A DNA stretch of 44,489 bases. Source: Candidatus Cryosericum sp. Lineage in GTDB: Bacteria > Caldisericota > Caldisericia > Cryosericales > Cryosericaceae. The notes under the pieces were generated by a model. The model saw nothing but the letters and a program-made list of their open reading frames with translations, was not told the origin of the DNA and searched no databases. The translations under genes and the position numbers were made by a program. Positions 38,692 to 44,489 of this stretch are shown here, one piece after another; position 1 is the stretch's first letter, and each line of letters opens with the position of its first letter. The DNA lies in contig DASVKR010000010.1 of NCBI GenBank assembly GCA_036385275.1, positions 1 through 44,489 on the forward strand. The letters are read 5' to 3'.

Positions 38692-39270
38692 CTAGAGGAC
38701 CAGTGATTGCTCGAACTGCGAGACGGTCATAATCTCCACTCCCATGGTGGCCATGTCTCTGAGATTGGACAGCTGGATCTCGTCCGTCTGGGACGCAGTG
38801 GCATCCGAGAGTACGGTCGTTGCATAGTCCAGCGAGAGAGCGTCGTTTGCTGTCGCACGTATGCAGTTGGGAGTCTGCACACCAGTCAGGATCAATCTAC
38901 GGGTGTCGAGCCGGCGCAGGAGCGCGTCCAGGTCCGTCGCGAAGAATGCCGACCATCGGGTCTTGACGATAGTGAAATCCCCGGAGGCGGGCGCAAGCTG
39001 AGGCAATTCCTCTGCTCCGGGAGTTCCGGCAACCAGAAACCCTCCCATTTCCGCGAAGAGTGTTCGTCGGCTCTGGTCAACGTCTATGCCCGTGGCCCGA
39101 TGCCGGCGCGTTGCATGGATAATCGACGCATTGGCGGACCGAGCAGCTTTCAGTGCTCGCTCCAGACTTGGTACCATGGCGGGCCCACCTGCGACAAACA
39201 GCGGCGATGCCGGAGACAGAAAGTCCTGCTGCATATCAATGACAAGAATTGCCACATCAGTAAGATTCAC
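38692..39270 (-). CDS. Isochorismatase-family cysteine hydrolase
   Basis: IDMQQDF, K.RWSAFF.TDLD..LR, GVQTPNCIRATA.DA; GTG start at 39270 with GGAGGA RBS. Confidence 0.9.
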   Translation of the reverse strand: MNLTDVAILVIDMQQDFLSPASPLFVAGGPAMVPSLERALKAARSANASIIHATRRHRATGIDVDQSRRTLFAEMGGFLVAGTPGAEELPQLAPASGDFTIVKTRWSAFFATDLDALLRRLDTRRLILTGVQTPNCIRATANDALSLDYATTVLSDATASQTDEIQLSNLRDMATMGVEIMTVSQFEQSLVL

Positions 39271-39350
39271 TCGTTCCTCCTCTGTAAGCCACAATTATGT
39301 GGCCAGTATATGCGTTTTGGCTCGCCACTCCACGTGAACATTATACATCC

Positions 39351-39378
39351 TTGCAGTTTTCCGTTGTGCAACTATAAT
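39351..39378 (+). promoter_or_regulatory. Putative promoter for the amidohydrolase pair
   Basis: TTGCAG-16bp-TATAAT. Confidence 0.45.
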
Positions 39379-39438
39379 TCGCTTACCGAAGAAAAGACCG
39401 AAGGAGGTGCTGCTTTGCCCCTTCAGGAAAGGAGCCAT

Positions 39439-40593
39439 ATGATTCTTATTCACGGAGGTACCATCCTCACTGTCACGGACGGTGTCATCGAGGGCGGTTC
39501 AGTGCTGCTCGGCGACGACGACAAGATTGCCGAGGTCTTCGCGAACCACACTGACGTGGCTGGAGCGGCCGTTATTGATGCGACAGGAAAGTATGTCGTA
39601 CCCGGTTTCGTCGACGCACACACGCATCTTGGCATCTGCAACCTGGAGGTCGGCGAGATTGGCGAAGATGAGAACGAGATGACCAACCCCTCGACGCCTG
39701 CCTGCCGGGCCATGGATGCAGTTTACGTCTGGGATTCCGGGTTCGCTGATGCTCTGGCGGGCGGTATCACGACCGTGTTCACGGGTCCGGGCAGCGGCAA
39801 TGTCATTGGCGGCCAGAGCATCACGATGAAGACAGCCGGCCACTGTATCGATAAAATGGTGATGCAGAACCCGGCAGGGTTGAAAACTGCGTCAGGAGAG
39901 AACCCCAAGCGCGTGTACAAGGCCAAGACCCAGCTGCCCAGCACGCGGATGGGCACCGCCAAGGTCTTGCGCGAGGCGTTGTCGAAGGCGCGCGACTACA
40001 GGGAGCGTCGTGCAGGCACCGAGCCACCCGTTACGGATCTCGACATGGAGGTGCTGTGCAAGGTTCTCAGCCGCGAGATTCCACTCAGAATGCACTCCCA
40101 TCGTGCCGATGACATGATCACCATGGTGCGCATCCGCGATGAGTTTAACATTCGCATGGTCATTGAACATGGAACGGACAGCGTGCGGGTGCGCCATGAG
40201 CTTGCCAGAGCAGGCGTAGCGGTGATTACGGGGCCACTCCTCGACGTTTCACCCAAGGTCGAAACGGCATCATCCTCATTCAGCACACCGCATCTTCTCC
40301 ATGAGGCGGGCGTGCTGACTGCCATTATGACGGACCATCCGGTGATTCCGATTGAGTCTCTTCGACTGGAGGCTGCCATTGCGGCATATGAGGGCGGGGC
40401 AGGAGAACAGGAAGCCCTGGAGTTCATTACGATCAATCCGGCGAAGATCCTCGGGCTCGAGGACCGTATTGGCAGTATCACCAAGGGAAAGGACGCGGAT
40501 CTTGTCGTGTGGAACGGCCACCCCTTCAAGGCCACCAGCGTCGCGGAGAAGACCTTCGTCAACGGGAAGCTCGCGTGGGAGGTGAATGCATGA
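39439..40593 (+). CDS. Metal-dependent amidohydrolase (imidazolonepropionase-like superfamily)
   Basis: PGFVDAHTH, GENPKR.Y, HSHRADD, EHG, TDHPV, GKDADLV; ATG 39439 with AAGGAG RBS. Confidence 0.9.
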   Translation: MILIHGGTILTVTDGVIEGGSVLLGDDDKIAEVFANHTDVAGAAVIDATGKYVVPGFVDAHTHLGICNLEVGEIGEDENEMTNPSTPACRAMDAVYVWDSGFADALAGGITTVFTGPGSGNVIGGQSITMKTAGHCIDKMVMQNPAGLKTASGENPKRVYKAKTQLPSTRMGTAKVLREALSKARDYRERRAGTEPPVTDLDMEVLCKVLSREIPLRMHSHRADDMITMVRIRDEFNIRMVIEHGTDSVRVRHELARAGVAVITGPLLDVSPKVETASSSFSTPHLLHEAGVLTAIMTDHPVIPIESLRLEAAIAAYEGGAGEQEALEFITINPAKILGLEDRIGSITKGKDADLVVWNGHPFKATSVAEKTFVNGKLAWEVNA

Positions 40594-41702
40594 TCAGGAT
40601 AGCCGCTCAGCACCTGTTTGATGGGCACGGGATCATGAATGATGCGGTTGTTACAGTCGATGGGCCGCGTGTCGTTTCGGTGGAGACATCGGGCCATCCT
40701 GGGGACCGCTATGACTATTCGGCTGCATGGGTGACTCCCGGCCTCATCGACCTCGACTCCGGTATTGGCCTCAAAGAGGAATCGCTGGGTTTCGAAGGGA
40801 ATGACCTGAACGAAGCGACAGATGCTGTAACACCGGAGATGCAGGCAATGGATGGGCTGAGCCCGTACGACACGAGCCTCGGGAAGAGTCTCATTGGAGG
40901 CGTGACGACGGCTTTGGTCATGCCCGGCAGCAGCAACGTCGTGGGAGGCAGGGGCGCTGTGGTGCACATGGTTGGCGCGACCGCCAACGACATGTGTATC
41001 AAGGCGCCGTTCGGTATGAAGTTCTCCCTGGGCAACAATCCGAAACAGACGCACGGTGAGAAACGGACGCCCATGACACGCATGGGTAACGCATTCCTGA
41101 TCCGAGACATCCTCACAAAGGCACGCGAATACCGGGAGAAGAAGAAAGAATACAACATGAAGTACGAGGCCCTGCTTCCTCTTCTTGCAGGTGAAGATAT
41201 GGCGTTCATCCAGGCGTTGCGGGCGGACGACATCATGACGGCCGTGCGCCTCGCCGAGGAGTTTGGCCTTCGCTACGTCATCACTGGCGCGTTTGACGCG
41301 GATCGCGTGATTGACCAGCTCAAGGAGAAAGATGTGACGGTGGCGTTCGGCCCCGTTATCATGTCGAGATGGATGGATGAGGTCAAGCGCTTGCATCCTG
41401 AGAATGCCGTTGCTCTTCTCGACAGCGGAATTCGCACGGCCATCATCGCGGGCCATCCCAACTATCCCGCCAAGTATCTGCGGATCTCGCTGGGCCTTCT
41501 TGTCGGTCGGGGCATCTCTCCTGAACAGGCTCTCGGGTCCGTCACAAGCGTTCCAGCCGGAATCCTTGGCTTGGACGGGTATGGAGAGATACGTCCTGGG
41601 TCTGTCGCTGACCTGGCGTTGTTCAAAACGCAGCCATGGGAGCCCGAAGGAGTGACTGAACACACGTTCGTCGGTGGAACCGAGGTGTACGCTCGCTCGT
41701 GA
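40590..41702 (+). CDS. Amidohydrolase paralogue lacking canonical metal ligands
   Basis: ATGA overlap with upstream paralogue; PGLIDLDS, G.NPK, QALRADD, AGHPN. Confidence 0.85.
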   Translation: MIRIAAQHLFDGHGIMNDAVVTVDGPRVVSVETSGHPGDRYDYSAAWVTPGLIDLDSGIGLKEESLGFEGNDLNEATDAVTPEMQAMDGLSPYDTSLGKSLIGGVTTALVMPGSSNVVGGRGAVVHMVGATANDMCIKAPFGMKFSLGNNPKQTHGEKRTPMTRMGNAFLIRDILTKAREYREKKKEYNMKYEALLPLLAGEDMAFIQALRADDIMTAVRLAEEFGLRYVITGAFDADRVIDQLKEKDVTVAFGPVIMSRWMDEVKRLHPENAVALLDSGIRTAIIAGHPNYPAKYLRISLGLLVGRGISPEQALGSVTSVPAGILGLDGYGEIRPGSVADLALFKTQPWEPEGVTEHTFVGGTEVYARS

Positions 41703-41715
41703 GCCGGTAAGAGCA

Positions 41716-41735
41716 AGGGCCCCGGAAGGGGCCCT
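41716..41735. terminator. GC-rich hairpin between convergent genes
   Basis: AGGGCCCC-GGAA-GGGGCCCT. Confidence 0.55.
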
Positions 41736-41763
41736 GACTTCTCTCGCGTATCTGCCGCCGACG

Positions 41764-42435
41764 CTAGGCTGTTGGCGGCAGATTGTTGTCTCGATAGTGG
41801 TCCATGAAGCGGTCGCGCATGCCGTACGCGTAGGTGCGGAACCGTTGCGCGTTGGTATGGAACTGATTGCCCTTGATGAGGACTGAGGCAGCAAGAGCGA
41901 CGACGATGACGTAGTCGGGGTACCAGGACCTGTGGAGGACAATCCAGATGACGATGGGGACAGCCCCGACCGCTGAGATGAACGGAGAGAAGTGTATCTT
42001 GGCCTTGATACGGGGGGCAAGCTTCCAGATAACGCCAGCGACAGCCGCAAAGGGGAGTCCCCACAGGACCGCCACCAGGTACCCCTGTAGCAGGATTCCC
42101 AAGGTTGTCGCGACACCACCTCCACCTCTGAACTGGAAGAAGACTGGCCAGTTGTGCCCGACGATGACAGCCATGAACGAGGCAATCAGGACCCAAGAGG
42201 GGACGACAATGGAACGCAGGACGAGGCTGAGCAGATAGCCCTTCATCACGTCGAGCAGCCCGACAGTAAGGCCATAGCCCCAACCGTATTGACGGACGCT
42301 TCCCGAAAGGCCGGGATTATCCTTCAGCCGAATATCTTCGTGCTTGACAACGAAGCTGAGGACAAGGCCCCAGCAAACAGAACCCCACAGGTACGATGCC
42401 ACGACCAATGCCCCGTACTTGAGCCAGATGTTCAT
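41764..42435 (-). CDS. plsY: Glycerol-3-phosphate acyltransferase PlsY family
   Basis: SYL.GS, DIR...NPG, D..KG, GHNWPVF..FRGG.GVATTLG. Confidence 0.85.
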   Translation of the reverse strand: MNIWLKYGALVVASYLWGSVCWGLVLSFVVKHEDIRLKDNPGLSGSVRQYGWGYGLTVGLLDVMKGYLLSLVLRSIVVPSWVLIASFMAVIVGHNWPVFFQFRGGGGVATTLGILLQGYLVAVLWGLPFAAVAGVIWKLAPRIKAKIHFSPFISAVGAVPIVIWIVLHRSWYPDYVIVVALAASVLIKGNQFHTNAQRFRTYAYGMRDRFMDHYRDNNLPPTA

Positions 42436-42644
42436 CAGGATCCTCCTGAACCGTTACTCGATGCCTGACTATGTTGCCTCTGATCCGCTTTCACTCGCAA
42501 TCTGAGTTTATATCAATGTTCCGGCTTGTAAAGCAGGCTCTTGCCGGTATACTTTTCTGCACGATGAGTTGCGCCTGTCCAGCGGTGATCATCGTTGTTT
42601 CTGGTGTTGCCTGTCTGTGTTGCCACATCTATCGTGGAGGTCGT

Positions 42645-43208
42645 ATGGGTTTCTGGACTGTTTTCGTTATAGCAGTGGGGCTTTCGATGGACGCATTCGC
42701 CGTGTCCGTGGCGAACGGGTGCCTGATAAAGCGAATGACTCTGCGCGATGCGTTGCGGCCAGGCTGGTGGTTTGGTGGGTTTCAGATGCTCATGCCCGTG
42801 CTGGGCTGGCTCGGGGGCCTCGTGCTCAGAGACCTTATCCAGAGCTTCAGCCACTGGGTTGCGTTCGGTCTCCTTGTTTTCGTCGGCGGCAAGATGCTTG
42901 TCGAAGCCGTGTGTGGTGGAAAGCATGAGAACGAGTGCGGAGCAGAGAGGCGCAGCACGCGTGATATGCTGGTCCTTGCCATTGCTACAAGTATCGACGC
43001 TTTGGCGGTGGGCCTGAGCCTGTCGGTTCTGCACATGTCGATCTGGTGGCCGGCCCTGCTTATCGGGCTGGTGACATTCGCGTTCTCGCTGGCAGGCACT
43101 CTCCTGGGTTGTAGTATCGGAAAGCTGGTCAAGGACAAGGCCGAGATTCTGGGCGGCCTTGTCCTTATTGGTATTGGGATCAAAATATTGCTGCAGGGGT
43201 TGCACTAG
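42645..43208 (+). CDS. mntP: Manganese efflux pump MntP family
   Basis: GLSMDAFAVS, FG.FQ..MP..GW, LAIATSIDALAVG, AEILGG.VLIGIG; ATG 42645 with GGAGG. Confidence 0.92.
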   Translation: MGFWTVFVIAVGLSMDAFAVSVANGCLIKRMTLRDALRPGWWFGGFQMLMPVLGWLGGLVLRDLIQSFSHWVAFGLLVFVGGKMLVEAVCGGKHENECGAERRSTRDMLVLAIATSIDALAVGLSLSVLHMSIWWPALLIGLVTFAFSLAGTLLGCSIGKLVKDKAEILGGLVLIGIGIKILLQGLH

Positions 43209-43242
43209 GACGGACTGCTGCGGAAAGAAAGGAGGCTTGCAT

Positions 43243-44022
43243 ATGGCACACACGTCTTTCAATGATGAGTACAAGTATCACGTGAAGTTGAAGCAGGGTG
43301 ATGTCGGCAGGTACGTTCTGTTGCCCGGCGACCCCGGTCGCTGTGAAGTCATCGCGAGGTGGTTCGACGACCCGGTGAAAGTTGCGCAGAACAGGGAGTA
43401 TGTCACATACACGGGAACGCTCCTGGGCGAGAGAGTCTCGGTGACGTCCACCGGAATCGGAGGTCCGTCGACGGCGATTGCAGTCGAAGAACTCGCGATG
43501 GTCGGTGCGGAGACATTCATACGCGTCGGAACGTCGGGCGCAATGCAGCCTGGTATCGGCGTTGGAGATCTGGCGATCGTCACAGGCGCGATCCGCGACG
43601 AAGGGACGACAAGACAGTACATGCCTATCGAATTCCCGGCAGTGGCCAACATCGACGTGACTCTGGCACTCAGAGCTGCGGCCAAAAAACTCCATCTTGC
43701 CTTCCACCTGGGAGTGTCTCAGTCGAAAGACTCGTTCTACGGTGAGGTTGAACCCGACCGCCAGCCACTTGCAGAGCAGTTGAACGCGCGTCGCAGGGCG
43801 TGGATTGCCGGCGGAGCCGTGTGTTCGGAAATGGAGGCTGCTACGGTGTTTGTCGTATCGAGCATTCTTCATAAACGGGCCGGCGGCGTCATGCTCATCA
43901 TCAACAGCCAGTTTTCAGAGGGTGGAAACGAAGCCCATCATGAGATGCTGGACAGACTCATTTCGACCGGGATCGAGGCCATCAAACTCCTTATCGAACA
44001 GGATCGTGCTGTACGTTGCTGA
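43243..44022 (+). CDS. udp: Uridine phosphorylase
   Basis: LPGDPGR, NREY, STGIGGPS..IAVEEL, RVGT.G, RDEGT, SFY, EMEAA; ATG 43243 with AGGAGG. Confidence 0.92.
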   Translation: MAHTSFNDEYKYHVKLKQGDVGRYVLLPGDPGRCEVIARWFDDPVKVAQNREYVTYTGTLLGERVSVTSTGIGGPSTAIAVEELAMVGAETFIRVGTSGAMQPGIGVGDLAIVTGAIRDEGTTRQYMPIEFPAVANIDVTLALRAAAKKLHLAFHLGVSQSKDSFYGEVEPDRQPLAEQLNARRRAWIAGGAVCSEMEAATVFVVSSILHKRAGGVMLIINSQFSEGGNEAHHEMLDRLISTGIEAIKLLIEQDRAVRC

Positions 44023-44153
44023 GTGACGTTCTTACGCAGGAACTGCGGACCCCGGGTTCGATGTCGGGGCACGTCCCGACGCTGAAATACTTGCCCCGCG
44101 TCCCCTGAGTCGCTATGATGTATGCAGCAGACTATTGTTGTGGGGGGACTCCC

Positions 44154-44312
44154 ATGTATCTTCTGGTTATCATCACAAGACAGGAGGACAAGACTTACGA
44201 TTTCCTGAAACTGCTTCCGACAGTCGGCGTGCCGGTCACAGACGCCGAAGGTCTTGCGACAGGGCCGGACATGACGCTCCCAGGCAGTGCTCAACAGGGT
44301 CCAAACGTCTGA
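44154..44312 (+). pseudogene. Short ORF, possible fragment of a PII-like protein
   Basis: GGGGGA RBS-like site; MYLLVIITRQED...FLKLL...GV..T..EG; early stop. Confidence 0.25.
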
Positions 44313-44489
44313 TGTCAGTGCGCCGGACGTCCCGGTATGTTGTGGCGCCACAGACAAGGATATGGCGTTGATCTCTGCAATGAAAGGACAAGAGTAACGT
44401 GACCCTCGCATACTATGGCTTCGTCCTGGCTGCACTTTCTCTGCAGTTGCTCATGGGCGCCAACGACGGAGGGACGCTGCTTGGGTCAA

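Noticed and set aside
38707-39438. N-terminal extension of the 628-aa ORF
   Set aside because: Antisense to the isochorismatase gene; the amidohydrolase begins at ATG 39439 with its own RBS
39996-42185. 729-aa minus-strand ORF and other long antisense ORFs
   Set aside because: Shadows of the amidohydrolase and plsY genes, which carry clear family motifs
42440-42644. yybP-ykoY manganese riboswitch upstream of mntP
   Set aside because: Could not find the conserved GGGGAGUA / CAAUAC / GAGACC-type elements by eye; an Rfam scan would settle it

Overview
Bacterial window in three parts. (1) 106-6279: an AT-rich giant cell-surface protein gene (signal peptide, SdrD-B/Ig-like repeats, probable beta-propeller, Cys-rich modules, PKD, three SLH domains). 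(2) ~6494-34323: an accessory region running from a 5'-truncated large serine recombinase (LSR) to a minus-strand tRNA-Ala(GGC). The LSR reading frame crosses a 16-bp copy of the tRNA 3' end (TTGGTGGAGATAGGGG). At least seven further degenerate copies of this site and/or its downstream arm punctuate the region (11523, 16754, 18191, 18342, 22925, 32604, ~32933; weaker ones at ~12920 and ~21696). The arms fall into three families that read as alternative recombinase C-terminal tails. The segments between sites carry mostly putative anti-phage genes (six HEPN-like proteins, a DUF4062-like protein, an Mrr-like nuclease, a ~1270-aa nuclease/NTPase-like protein) and no intact recombinase of their own. 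This is the candidate novel system: a tRNA-anchored, serine-recombinase-linked defence cassette array. Decayed tandem islands are the alternative explanation. (3) 34453-44022: housekeeping genes (dtd, gabT-like, GDPD, codA, isochorismatase, two amidohydrolases, plsY, mntP, udp). The organism may be a Caldisericota (Cryosericum-like) anaerobe, but this is only an impression. All family calls come from motif recognition by eye, with no database searches.
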